A stretch of 64,000 nt of DNA from Octopus bimaculoides (GCF_001194135.2 NC_068981.1:37307235-37371234), one strand, 5' to 3'; positions 13,129-26,540 are shown, numbered from the stretch's first letter. The notes: generated by a model from the sequence alone, not told the origin. Translations and numbers: made by a program.

Positions 13129-13354
13129 TTAATGCATTAGGATTTAAACAGTCATACCTGGCCACATTATTCTACCTATTTTAAGTTTAAAGTGGCCAGA
13201 TTCAACCTCACAGACCTACTTTTCAATGTCATTCTAAAAGTAAACAATCATATCATTGAAATCTCAAAGCTACAAGATAATGCATGATTAATTCAAAACA
13301 TTGTGAATAAATAGAAATTACATTTAAGAGAGAATTTGAATGCTAAAGGGTAAA
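13129..13354. mobile_element. ~220-bp non-autonomous element with degenerate TTAA/CCCTTT-type ends (piggyBac-like MITE)
   Basis: Left end TTAATGCATTAGGATTT, right end GAATGCTAAAGGGTAAA. Internal sequence matches the partial copy at 17167-17310, which starts TTAACCCTTTAGTATTT. Confidence 0.6.
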
Positions 13355-13605
13355 GGTAGTTCATAGATCACTTAGATAGCTCCAAGAGAACTACTTCAGC
13401 AGCATATCCATTCACATATGATTTTCCTAGACTGTATATTGCTTCTCTATATGGCTTAATTCCTCTTGTGGTTGATGAATCAAACTGAGTGCAATAATGT
13501 ACTTGCCCTTCTTCTCTTGTTGCACAGTTTTGCATTTGATGCACCTATTACCTGCACAAAGAAAGTCAAAATTTACTTCCTGGAGGATGGCTTCTCAGGT
13601 TAGGT

Positions 13606-13775
13606 GGAGAGAAGAAGAAGACGAATATAAAGATGAAGATGATGATGATGAAAACATGGAATGTGGAGAAGAATGTGAAGAAAGAAGAAGTGGAAGAGGA
13701 GAAGTAAGAAAAGAAAGATGAGAAGAAAGAGAAGAAAAAGATTATGATGAAGAAGAAGACCAAGAGTTATGATAG

Positions 13776-13827
<52 letters not shown>
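13606..13827. repeat. Degenerate (GAA)n/(GAT)n low-complexity tract ending in pure (GAT)n
   Basis: Direct inspection. Confidence 0.9.
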
Positions 13828-13828
<1 letters not shown>

Positions 13829-16800
13829 GAGAAAACAGAAATTTCTGATATTAATGAGAATTTCTTAAATAGGAATGAATCGTTAGTCAAGTAGAGTTAA
13901 GTGTCTTTCCAAACCCATGTAACACAATGCTTGCAGTGGGATGTGATCTTATGACCCGGAAGCTGAGGATAATACTCATAATAATTATGAGAATTCTATC
14001 ATTCGTTGCTGATTAGTGAAGAATGGAATGCTTTCTAATTGTTCCCTATTGATCCTCTATAATGCAAATTACTCACAATTGATTGTGTATTTGACAGACT
14101 TTTGTGTTCCACAAAAGGATAGACATAGAAACTGTCATAGATTAAAATTATTCATTTCTTCTGCTTCCAGTTATTAATGAGATTTCTCTTGTACAAGATT
14201 AGGCCTTGCCATAAGCTTTGATTTTGATATATATTCATATATTGAACAAATCGGTTGAAAATGCTAGACTTAAGATGACAGAATCCTCACGTGAGATGAG
14301 ATAGTAAAAGATGAAGATGTCGATCCTGATAATCTACCATGTTAGTGTAGCATGGATATATCAATAAAGGATGAGGGCTTTATGATAATTTTCCTAAAGC
14401 TACTGTTGAAAGACGAAAATCTGTCTCAAGGTATTAGGAACAAAGGTTGATATAGTAAGGTTTCACCTTTTATGACAGCAGTCAGATAGCTTGATTGTTT
14501 ACAATAGTCAGTTTAACCTTTCTCAATAACATAAAGAAAATATAGAACCTGTTTACTATTCTACACATGCAAAAATTTGATTTCAATTCCTTCTTAACGC
14601 TATTTTTGTTTTGGCTCCATTACTGTTGCCTTTGGAAAGTCATTCCTCTCCCATGGCTATTTTTGCCTCTTAATTTTTCCATGAGTTTTCCTCTTTTGTT
14701 AGCTTTACTAACTTTTTTGAAAAGGTAATAAACCATTTGTGTGTATTTTACAAAAGAAACTTTAAAAACACCCTGGTAAAATACATCAATCTGTGCAGTC
14801 ACTTATCATCCAAGAAATTGTAGCTTGAGACAGCAATGGCTTGAATGCCAAGCAAAAGAATTTTTTGACACAGAAATATTTTTTTCAACACAACTGACTG
14901 CTGTCAGAGAACAATAAATTTTCATGAACTGGTTCAAAAACACCAATAATGTAAGTGTCTTCAGAAGTCACCAAAATACTTATACAAATACACAAAAAAA
15001 ATTTAAAAAATTACAAATACTCCAGAAAATGCAAGACATTGCAACAAAAATAACAATTACAACAACATCAATGATAAAGACAAGAGTCATTTCTTTCTCT
15101 CTTCCCAACATCACAAGTGTATGCAGAATACATTGATAATATATATACACTTCACACAATAATAAACTTTGTAAACATGATTTTAAAAAAATTTTGTTAT
15201 ACATTTTCCAAGTTTAAATCAATTTTATTGTATTAAAAGATTTTATCTTCACACACAACATTCACATAAGAAACAGTCTTATTTCCTCACTACAGAAAAT
15301 TCTATATTCCAAACTATACTCATATCTGACTAGCATACAGCAGGGGTGGTATTATAATACATATACAAAAACTTGTATTCAGTATATAAATATCACAAAT
15401 GACTTTCATGTATTGATAGGTGCTGACACTCCACTAGAAACGTAGACTTTGAAATACAAACCAACATAGCACTCACACATACACATAAACTTCCTCACAC
15501 ACCTGTATATATACATACACACACACACATACACATACATATATGTATATACCACTGACATTGCCAACTGTCCACCATCCCACTATAACACTTTATCACT
15601 CTTACAAACTCCATAATTACAGGAGACTTCAATGTACTCACCACTTCCTGGTCTTTTATATAATACAGAAAAAAAGGAGGTAGCATAATAGCATCACAAA
15701 TAAACTTCCTTTATATCCTGAATGACCTACTTAAATACACACACAAACTCCACCAGGTCAACAACAACTCTTTTCAAGACATAGATTTTTGGTCCACACA
15801 CCTACCTACCACAGCCACATGACTAACAATCCCTCAACTTTCCTCAAACTACCTATCAATTATCATTACAACACACTAACACATTAATGAATAAATCAAA
15901 AACACCTTTAGAAATTAAAAAAAAAATAAATAAATAATAATTTAATGTGTTCAATCAAGAAACAGAATCAAGGTTGTTCAGACTTCAACATCAGCACAAA
16001 CTAGTTGAGACGCTGCAGTACAATACTCAATAAAATGATTATAGACATATCCAGAGAACATAACCTACAAAGCAATATATAAAATAATACACAATCACAA
16101 TTACATACCAGAAATAACTAACCTCATAAATATCAGGGAGAACCTAAAACACAATGCAAATGAAATAAAACTTAACATCAAACATCTGAAGAGAGAGATA
16201 ATGAAAAAAATATACTATACAGCAAAAAACTGGCTAATATATGTGTCCAACATAAACTACAAAAGGTACAGCAAAAAAACTATATAGAGTCATTAGCAGC
16301 ATCAACAACTGCCACATCACACCCTATGTTACAATAACAATCTCAAATAATATACTTACACTCAAGTACTAAGTTAAAACTCTTATTAGGCATTTCTAGA
16401 AAATCAGCTACGAAAAACCATACAAAGAAGGTTGGAATCCTCCCTTAGATGCCAATTTGACCCCTTTCCTTCAATCAGACACCAAAAAATCAATGGTAAA
16501 ATCTAAAAGTTCATAAATTTATGGAGTAGACAAAATTACAAACATATCTTTAACCACGCAGGGCCAGAAGGAATCACAACAGTCATTAGTATCTCTCTAA
16601 CTGTTTGTACTAATACTGTCAAATTATTCCCAGCATCTGGAAGTTGATCAAAATCATAAAAATTCTGAAGCCAATCAAAAGCCTAACTAGCACCAGAATA
16701 AATCCCTCTCCATTCTGTGCATAACCTCAGAAAGTTTAGAAGCACTAATTTTTGCCTTCACAAACCATACAACCCTCTTTCCAAATCAGTAGATTCAGAC

Positions 16801-17166
16801 CATTTCACTTAACCACCACACTACTCACAGAACTAACACAGAAAATACATAATGATTTCAAAAGGATACCTTCCATACATGCCATTCTAAAAACTGCTGA
16901 TATCAGCAATAATTTTGATTCCATTCCCAGCTACCCACTCTTAAGATGTTATTCAACATCACCTTAAGAAAACAAGAACCACTGGCTAGTTAAATATCTG
17001 TCACATTGCTAATTCTATGCTTCAAGAACAGTATTTTCAGAACTTCTAGTTTCCTGAATGGAATACTGCAGGGATCCATATACTTGCCAAGGCTTTTCAA
17101 GTTATATCTAACCAACTTTCTATTATTTTCACAAGAATATACAGACTCCCTCATTCAAGGGTGGCA

Positions 17167-17310
17167 TTAACCCTTTAGTATTTAAACAGACCATATCCTG
17201 CCTAAATATTCTACCTCTTTTATGTTTAAACTGGCCTGATTTAGCCTCTCATATCAACCCTACCACATCATTCTAAAAATTAAGTCACCTCATCAAAATT
17301 CTTTAGTCAC
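17167..17310. mobile_element. Partial copy of the TTAA-ended MITE, nested in the old LINE
   Basis: Begins TTAACCCTTTAGTATTTAAAC; similar to 13129-13354. Confidence 0.55.
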
Positions 17311-17464
17311 TGTTACACAGATATTCCAAACCTATTAAAATCATTCAAAAATTTGGTTCTACACTAACAAACTTAAAAAGCACTACCTACTAATTCATAT
17401 CTCACTTCTTAACAGAATCATTAAAGAGCATAAAAACCATCATATTCAGCAACATAAACCTGCT

Positions 17465-17478
17465 ACACGCACACACAC

Positions 17479-17519
<41 letters not shown>
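17465..17519. repeat. (CA)n microsatellite
   Basis: Direct inspection. Confidence 0.97.
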
Positions 17520-17521
<2 letters not shown>

Positions 17522-18499
17522 CACAAATGACAGAAGTACATGGAGGAATTTTATCCATCTCTATAACACTCACATCTCACATAGAAGACATTGTAAATAA
17601 AACAAAATGACACACTAACATTCTTAGAGCAATCCCAAATATCACATTAAGCTAACTGAAAGAAATAATAACAATAGTGTACAAACTATACAATAGATCT
17701 ATCAACAGCTATGATTACATTATCTGGGCCCTTAGTGTTCCCACCACAAGCTGTAATAAATTATAACATGCACAAAATAGTGTGCCCTATGCATGTTTCA
17801 TACATAGATCACGTTTGTAGAAAAAAAAAAAAACAAAAACAAAACTGGCTACAAAAGGCACTGTTTGTTACCACAGGAAACTTTAACCTCCACAGTCCCT
17901 TCCACTATATGAAAAATCACTTGCATACATCTATACACATTTATGCAACACTGCAGAATACTCTTACAACAACATTTTTAGAAGCATCATTCCCAAACAA
18001 GAATAAGCAACACATACACATAGAAACATCTAAACATTACTAACCTTACTGTCCCAAACACTGCATTGTGAGTTTCACACCACCTACAATAAATGTGGTA
18101 GAACAAGAAATGTTGCACTCTAACCAAGTCCATCTTCAACAGGATGTTTTGCTGTCTAGTTTTTTTTATCTCAGTGTTGTGAGTTCAAAGTTTGCTTTTT
18201 TTTGCTATTAATTTTTTGTCACAGTTGGTGAACAAATAGCATTGATAGTTTTACAGATTTCCAAAAGCCAATTGCTGGTTTACTGCATTTCTGACTGAAA
18301 TATGAAATGACAAGATGCAACAGAAATCTTACAAATGACTTCATTTGAAGAGCAGTGATTTTAATTTTTTTCAGTTTACTCATTGATGCGCTTATATCTT
18401 TCATCACTAGACATTGGTAAAAGATACACATATGTATGCAGATAAACACACATGCACACAAGTATATATACCCATGCATACCTACATACATTATGTGAT

Positions 18500-18800
18500 G
18501 GTACGTGGCTTATTGGTTAGGGTATTTGGTTCCTGGTGGCACAATGTGTCCTTGAGAAAGACACTTATTTCACATTGCTCCACTCCACTTAGCTGGCAAA
18601 ATGAGTGGTACCTGTATTTCAAAGGGCAAGCCTTGTCACATTCTGTATCATACTGATCACCCTGGGAACTACATTAAGAGTATGCATGTCCGTGGAGTGC
18701 TCAGCCATTTGCTTGTTAATCTAACAAGCTGGCTGTTCCATTGATCAAATCAACTGAAACACTCATCATTGTAACTGATAGAGTGTCAGTTACGTACATT
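18500..18800 (+). mobile_element. Diverged tRNA-derived SINE with CORE-like central segment
   Basis: Head GTGGCTTATTGGTTAGGGTATTTGG followed by GTGTCCTTGAGAAAGACACTTATTTCACATTGCTCCACTCCACTTAGCTG, which resembles the CORE-type SINE domain. Confidence 0.55.
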
Positions 18801-21800
18801 ATCTGATTAGCTTCTGCACTATCCATCTATAAAATTTCACTCAGAGAGTATTAGTCAATCTGAGGCTATGATAAATGACATGAGCCCAAGGTGTTGCTGC
18901 ATAGTGAGATTGAGTCCCAGAAGCTTGTGCATGTAGATTATTCTCTAAATGCACAGTTATGCTTGCACTAGTCAACTATGCTTTTGTATCTATTTGGTAA
19001 GTTAATAAAACAATTGCTCACATGTCAAGTTTATTGAAATACTAATACATTACTCTTCTCAACTAAAATTTGGATATGCAAAAGAAATCCTCTAAGTAGA
19101 TTAATATTTTGAATCTGAAAATGGTAATATAATATCATGCTAATCTTTATTTCAATATTTCAGACTCCAGCAAACATAATTATTTATCTTGCTTAGTCAC
19201 AAAAGCCCCTTTGTCACATGGTTTACTGTCAAAAGAACCGACATTAAGATTCCTGACAATCTATTTTACAGGAAGTATGAAACATTTCTATTGAAGTCCA
19301 TGCTACAAAAGCACTAATAATTCACATCTGACAAAGCTATCAGACTTTTGTGCTGAGATCTCTAATTTCACAGAGGTTTTTCTTCATTATGGTGAGTACT
19401 ATTTGATTTTGCAATAATTAATCTAACATAAAAAACTAACAGACTTTTAAATGAATCTTATTAAAAGATATAAACTTATTAACTCCTGAAAGACTTTATG
19501 TTAATAGAATTAGTAATTACTTACTTCAGAGTTTCCTATTCTAACCAAACTATTTCTCTTTCTTAAATTTGGCAAATCAATTCAAAATGAATTCAGTATT
19601 GGCCATGATATTTGTGTTCTTGAAATAGAGTAATTTATCAATTAGATAGAGTTTGCCTTTTTTTCCTTTATCTTTATACTGGACATCATTAGTCTGCTAT
19701 TTCCATCTTGGTTCAAATATAAACTTTTCTGGATAGTGTTTTAGAAAATAAAGAAAAAAATGTATGTAAATGCCCATATTGTTCCCAGAGTTATGTTTGT
19801 TCAACTGCTAGAAATAACTGAATTTTAATAAATTCTTTAATTGGGCATTCTGGAGCACTGCATATTTATATATTTTTTCTAATTATTATTTTATATTGAT
19901 GAGAAAGTCTGAAAGGAGAATTGAAAATAAATATCATGAGAATATTTAGATACACTGTGGTATCATTATTTTTATTACTATTTAGAAGTCAGAATTGGGG
20001 GAACCTCGGGCAAAATAACACAACGTATTTTGTTAAGTTTCTGGGTTCAAATCTTGCTGAAATCAACTTTTTAGCTTCTTTCCAGGGTTCTTTACAAGAA
20101 ATTTCAGACTTGATGCTCTGCTTGTTTTTCTGATGCAGCAGAAACTAGCAAACTTATATTAATATCCAGTCAAACTAAAAAATATATCAGTCAATGAGAA
20201 TGAGGTTGTTCACAAATGCTTCCCTACTGATAGATTTATTTTAGATTTTCTTTTCAGTATTTTCCCAATTTTTTAATATCTTTTTTATTATCATGAAGCT
20301 CTTCATTCCTGAACACTTTTAGGAAAAAGTGATAAAGGTATAGATTATTTACAACTGACAAGGTTCTTCAAAGTTAGGAAGATTCAGCTGAAGATCAATG
20401 AGAATTCAATGAAACATATCGAAAGGATGACTTAGAATCACTTGAAAATAAATGATTTCAAATGGTATTGGCGATGCAATATTGGTACTAAATTCACAGA
20501 TTACCAATTCCTGATATTTTCAGTTTCTAGATATTACTGTTTAGTAGTTTTCAGTCAAACTTTTTCATTTAAAGCATGCATGCTATGGATCCTGGACGTG
20601 GAACTTGAGTACAAACACTAGTTATCTCCTTATGCTCAGGACTAATAGGATTAAGGAATTTGAAATATATAGTCCTGTAGATGCAGACATGGCTGTGTGG
20701 TTCAAAAGTTTGCTTCAGAGTTATGAGAATAAACTCAATAATTCAGACTCACAAAAACATCCTCAATTTTAGTGTTACAACTGTAACACTATAACTGATG
20801 ACTGTCTTGGTGCTACTACATAATAAATAAAAATATGGAGATCTATATAACTCAGTCATAAATAAAGAAAGAGTAAGAAGATAGAAACTACTAAATCTTT
20901 ATTTAATGGTCACGTACTCCATCATATTAGCCAAGTTAAGAGAGTATCATATCTGCTTTAAACTGTTTTCAACTAATTTAAATAATTTTTAGGTGCCAAC
21001 CAGATGTGTAAAAAATATATTCTACAAAGTGTTATACCATTCTTATGCATTATACCATAAAATATATAAGATATATATATAGATAAATGGCCAAACAATG
21101 AAATACTACAGCAAATTATTGGTTTAGAAATTGAATAATGATGAGAATTAGTAATGTTTTCTCTAAAGAATTGTGAGCTATGGTGAGTTTATTTGAAATA
21201 AATGTTATGAAAAGTATTTATTTTATAAATTTAAACAGCAGAATAGAAATTCCAGAAAAGAGTAACTAATATAAATATTTTCAAGTGGATAAAGGAAATA
21301 CACAACTTTCCTATAACATAAGCAAACTACAGTTAAAATAAACATTTTCACATTAATCCATTACAGTTTATCTAATTTAACGAAATTTCATTTGAAACTA
21401 TTATTTTTCTACTTCTTTTATCTTTGCCTTAGTTATTGAGAATATAATGGTTTATTGGTTTTCCTAAATATTTATTGATTTTCTTTTTCCACTGACAGAT
21501 CTTATGACTATATTTGTAAAATTACCTGTTATATTAAAGCCCAGATTATTTCAAAGAGGAAAAATTGCATTTTCTCTGAAATAATCATTTTGCAATTGCT
21601 AATTTAAATTTTCAAAATTTGCTGTATAAACAACAGCATTGTTGCTATATTTTAATATTTGGCAAATACTATTGAAAGAGTGAGATAGAATATATTAAAA
21701 TTATACAAGAGACTGAGACTGAATATATAGCTGAGATTAATAAGACAAAGTAATATTGTATTTTAGCTATTAGAGCCTTCAAGCATATATAGATTAGATT

Positions 21801-22040
21801 ACAATGAGGTTTAAAATAATGACAGACTATAAATGCTCATCACATCAACAACCATAGTGTGACTCTAGTGGATTAAACTGAATAAAGAATAGTAACATAT
21901 GTTAGATACATAAGGTATAGGTTACCTCAAGCTATTCAAATAGTTAATTAGAATGTTTTTAGAGAACATGAAAGGATGAGTTATTAGGATTTCAAAAAAC
22001 AAACACTTAACTTTCAGTTTGATCTCAATACGTACCTTGA

Positions 22041-22246
22041 AGGTGGTGAGCTAGCAGAAACGTTAGCATGCCAGGTGAAATGCTTAGTGATATTTCGTCT
22101 ATCTTTACATTCTGAGTTCAAACTCTGCTGAGGTCAGCTTCGCCTTTCATTCTTTTGGGGTTGATAAATTAAGCACCAGTAGCATTATTAATCGACTGGC
22201 CCCCTCCCCAAAAATTTCGGGCCTTGTACCTAGAGTAGAAAAGAAT
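22041..22246 (+). mobile_element. tRNA-derived SINE, family A
   Basis: Matches the reverse complement of 6219-6426; CpG sites mostly decayed to TG. Confidence 0.85.
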
Positions 22247-22714
22247 ATGTGACACCTTGGGCAAGTGTCATCTACAACAGCCTTGGTGGATCAATAACTT
22301 ATGAGTCGAGTTTGTGTAGGTTCAGTCCTACTGTGTTAGGTATGTGTCTAGAACCTAGGGCTTTAAATAAATTCACCCTTGAGGATGAATTTTGTTAAAG
22401 GAAATTAAGGAAAGTTCAACATATGCTTGTTGTTGCTGTCACTTCTACCAACAAACCGTTCACTTGCTTTGTGCCTTCAAAATGTGTACCTGAAAAACAA
22501 GTAATGGTTAGTGACAGGAAGGGCATCCAGCTGTAAAACAATGTCTAAGTACTTCATTCAGCTCGCCCATGTAAAATGAGCATAAAACTATCAAATGAAT
22601 ATAAAATAATATGTGTGAGCTTTCATGTCTGTGTATATCTGTGCTGGTTTCAAAACTGATTTCATTTATACTGTGTCTCTCTTCATGTCCCATAATCATC
22701 TAGTGGATCGACAA

Positions 22715-23090
22715 ATCTCTCTCTCTCTCACTCTTAACTCTAAGATCCTCCACTGCTGTCAGTACAATTAGCAGTAAGTATTCTCCAAAGATCCTGACTG
22801 CTAACTTTCCTCTTAGCTTCACTCAAGCTGATTCAGAATGTACTGTGTCACATTTTCCTTGGTCTTCTACCTGGCCTTTTTCCTCCTTCTGATTTCCTCT
22901 CCATCATAAAATTGGCATGTCTCACCTGCACTGCAATTATTAAAGAATGTGGCCAGTATCTGCTGTTTAGTCACCATTTCCAGCAAATTTTCCATACCAG
23001 CTCTTCTCCTCACTTCTTTGATTCTTATTCTGTCCCATTAAGAAATTATTAGGATTGAATGTAGACAAATTTGATGGAACATATCTAGCA
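22715..23090 (-). mobile_element. Old non-LTR retrotransposon 3' end (RTE/L2-like) with (GA)n tail
   Basis: Minus translation DRIRIKEVRRRAGMENLL..GHIL..GGKRPGRRPRKM resembles the LINE C-terminal motifs W.DR..N.EV..R and GKR.RGRP. Confidence 0.55.
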
Positions 23091-24372
23091 ATTGTAACAA
23101 ATAGAAATGATAAGACATGAACCAGACTGAAGAAAGTACCAGGGTCAATATGATCAATGGAATTCTTGATGATTGTACTCCAGCATAATATAGTTAAATG
23201 TCTGGATGATGTAATGAAAAAAAATTAGAAGTTTCCTGAAATAAGTGTTTTGTTTACAACCCAAGGAATAACAGCATATCTTGTGAAAAAAAGGACAAAG
23301 ATCTGAAATATTGTATAACTTATCCCTCACAACAATTGAACTTATCAAGCTCTTCGATTGTCTTAAAAACATTTTACGTATATCACTTGTTTCCATGGAT
23401 CCCAGATTTGACCCAATAACAGAGTTAATTGATTTAATAGAGTTAAAAGAGTTAATGGATTTGTGATGAAAATTAGTAGACTTGTTAGAACCATAGAAAA
23501 ATGTTTTACAGCAATTATTATTTTGGCTTGCATTTGGATTCAAATATGACTGAAGACAACTTGGCCTATATTCCCAAGAGATTAACAAATAAAATACCAG
23601 ATGGGATGCCTTGAGGTATTTGTTCCAGCTCATAGAATTCTGTGTTCAAATCTTGCTGTGGCCTATTTTGACATTATACTTAATCCATTACCTGGTTAAG
23701 CATAACCATTTGGTCCTTTGGTATCTTTTGCAGAATCCACTAATTTGTAAGCATTTGACTAGGTTTATGACTTGAGAATACTTTTCGCCTTTTCATAAAA
23801 CTCCACCATCACTGTTGTCCTGTAAAGTGTCATGTGCTTTGCCATTCTCCTGATTAAACAATTAAAATATTATTTTGTTTCTATGAAGAACATGCAAATG
23901 CAACAGAAATGTGATTCATGAAATAATAGAAATAGTCAACTTGGGGTGTTTTCGAATATAGTCTGATGATTGTTTATAAATTAATTTGTCAGAGAAGAAA
24001 TGACAGGCCATTCAGTGTGGTTGTTGTGCAGATTGAACTTCAATAGGTTGTGGTTTTTTATGAAAAATTTGACGGAAGTAAATTATAAAAATATTTACAG
24101 CTCTCACCCCGAGTGAGTAAGATTGGTATTTAGTGCATTATCTATGTCTAGCGATACAGTGAAGATGAAGATCGGTGATAAAGATGTGTATATGAGTGTA
24201 AATCTGAAGACATGGTATTCAACTTGTTCGTTTAGAAGAGTAAAGTTATCCTTGACTAAACAACAGCCACAACAATAGCAGTTGAGTGCTGAGTCCCAGC
24301 ATGAACTCTAGAAGATGATATAGACTGCAAACCTTTTTGTTTCATCTCACTTGTTTTCTATGTGCAATAAAA

Positions 24373-24886
24373 CAGGTATCATCATCATCATCATCATCAT
24401 CGTTTAACGTCCGCTTTCCATGCTAGCATGGGTTGGACGATTTGACTGAGGACTGGTGAAACCGGATGGCAACACCAGGCTCCAGTCTGATTTGGCAGAG
24501 TTTCTACAGCTGGATGCCCTTCCTAACGCCAACCACTCAGAGAGTGTAGTGGGTGCTTTTACGTGTCACCCGCACGAAAACGGCCACGCTCGAAATGGTG
24601 TCTTTTATGTGCCACCCGCACAAGCCAGTCCAGGGGCACTGGCAACGATCTCGCTCGAAAATCCTACAGGAGCCAGTCAGGCGGTACTGGCAACGGCCAC
24701 GCTCAAAATGGTGCATCTCATGTGCCACCCGCACAAGAACCAGTCCAGGGGCACTGGCAACGATCTTACTTGGCTTGCCGGGTCTTCTCACGCACAGCCC
24801 ATTTCCAAAGGTCTCGGTCCGTAGTCATCGCCTCGGTGAGGCCCAATGTACGAAGGTCTTGCCTCACCACCTCAGCCCAGGTATCA
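24373..24886 (-). mobile_element. Young 5'-truncated RTE-clade LINE with 9-bp target-site duplication
   Basis: TSD CAGGTATCA at 24373-24381 and 24878-24886. (GAT)n tail. Minus strand encodes the ORF end ..EVVRQDLRTLGLTEAMTTDRDLWKWAVREKTRQAK*. CpGs intact. Confidence 0.95.
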
Positions 24887-24999
24887 GTAAAATATATTGA
24901 TGTCATATCTTCTTCACCTGAAATGTCATCTTTACCTGAAAATATAGATCTTAATTTTAAAATTAAAACTTAGTCTCAAAACACACGTGTGTGCACATG

Positions 25000-25000
<1 letters not shown>

Positions 25001-25042
<42 letters not shown>
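25001..25042. repeat. (CA)n microsatellite
   Basis: Direct inspection. Confidence 0.97.
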
Positions 25043-25044
<2 letters not shown>

Positions 25045-26540
25045 ATTACTAGAGATAGGCATATATGGTCTTTCCTAATGCAAATTAGAGCATGTGTGGA
25101 AAAAAATCACAGCTAATATATATGTTCATCCATGAATATCAAAAATACGAATGACATTTGATACAGCATTGCAAAAGATACAACAAATCCTATTTTGTTT
25201 GTTCTTTTCAGCTTCCCATTATTTGGAAACAAGAATGAAATAGTATAATGCAATAAGCTATTTAGTGACAATCTTTTATTAGAAAGATTTAGGAGAATAT
25301 CCTGTGGCAAAATAAAAGATTATGTCAGCTATTCTAACAAAAAGATTCTCTCACCAAATAAAGTAAAAGACATAATCCAAAATGAATAAATAAATAAAAT
25401 AAAATAAACTCACCACCCCGCAAAAAAAAAGATACATTTTTAAAATGAAAATTACAGAAAAGAAGACAAAAAGTCAAAGTATTTTTAAGCAATTTTAAAT
25501 CATTTCTTCCATAATACCATTCCAAAAGAATATGATTATATATGTGTGTATATATGTCTTTGTGGTGTGTGTGTGCGTGTATTTATTTTTTGTTCTTAAT
25601 TAGTTGGTGTGTTGCTATCTGCATGAATCAAGATTGGATTTATTTTATTTCAATAACCCTGAGCTATAAGAAAACATTGCTCTTTGTATTTCTTTGGAAA
25701 ATTTATAAATGTAATTATGCTGCATTTTTTTTTTACTTTTATTTTAGAATTGCATTTGTTGCTGTCATCATAAACATTTCTGACATCACCATCCATAACA
25801 TTTTTCTGCTAAACATACTACTATCAGTCGCTAGTTACACATGTTAGTCATTGCTATTAGATTATTGCTTACTAAGGCTTAGTGAAAGTAAGAGGATGTT
25901 CGCCAGTTTTAAGCACTGTCATTTGGAAAATCAATTATTGGCTTAATAAATGTCTGTCATTTTTTCAGAGTAACAAGTTATATTTAATAAAGGTAAGCTC
26001 CTAGTGTCCCTACTAAATGACGCAGTGTCAATTTCCAAATGTAGCTAGCTATCTTCGATTCTCTTATATTGCAAACTAATTTTTCCAATCTATAAATGAA
26101 TCAAATTGTCTGTCTGAAGGATGCAATACATTTCTGAGATAACATTCCTAGTAAGCAATGAAAGCCTTTTCTGAGAGTTTCTCAGGAATTTAGAAGACTG
26201 AAGAAGAAAACTTTGAGTCAGTATAAAACTCTTTTATACATTATGAAAAGTTCAGCCAACCATTTAACCAAAACAACAAAGGAACCATTATTTGACATCA
26301 AATTTTATTCTAAAAGTGAGAAGGTAAGAGCAGTTATAACATGGAAGATCCATTTTATCCAATAGTAGCACAAACTGTTAAATCCACTTTTAATTTACTT
26401 CATGAGCTGACTAATATTCATTGCATCACTGCAACTTGGCCATGATACAGCTTTGTTGCAACTGATTGAAAATTTGTTTATGACCAGTTGTAACAAGCCT
26501 CACTTCCTTTCTTATTTGTTTTCTTTCACTTACAGACCTA

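Larger units (their letters stand above)
15550..18050 (+). mobile_element. Heavily decayed APE-type LINE (I/Jockey group): endonuclease, RT and C-terminal remnants
   Basis: NSIITGDFN (APE motif, ~15610-15635), IPSIWKLIKIIKILKP, FRPFHLTTTLL, ADISNNFD (=DISKAFD), NGILQGSIYLPRLFKLY (=GVPQGSVLSP), and later HIEDIVNK..NILRAI..VYKLYNRS. Strong A/C-rich plus-strand bias. Confidence 0.8.

Noticed and set aside
13497-13890. Acidic E/D-rich ORF resembling a nuclear protein tail
   Set aside because: Degenerate GAA/GAT microsatellite with in-frame stops; only the 71-nt block upstream has exon-like boundaries.
19163-19391. Exon-like block with a strong GTGAGT donor (similar cases at 25749-25886, 34381-34517 and 8729-8818)
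   Set aside because: Stops in all frames between acceptor and donor; such signals arise often by chance in AT-rich DNA. A non-coding exon cannot be excluded but is unsupported.
24578-24767. Repeat-spacer-like pattern suggesting a CRISPR-type array
   Set aside because: It is an imperfect internal duplication in the RTE 3' UTR, identical in arrangement in two LINE copies; eukaryotic context and no cas genes.
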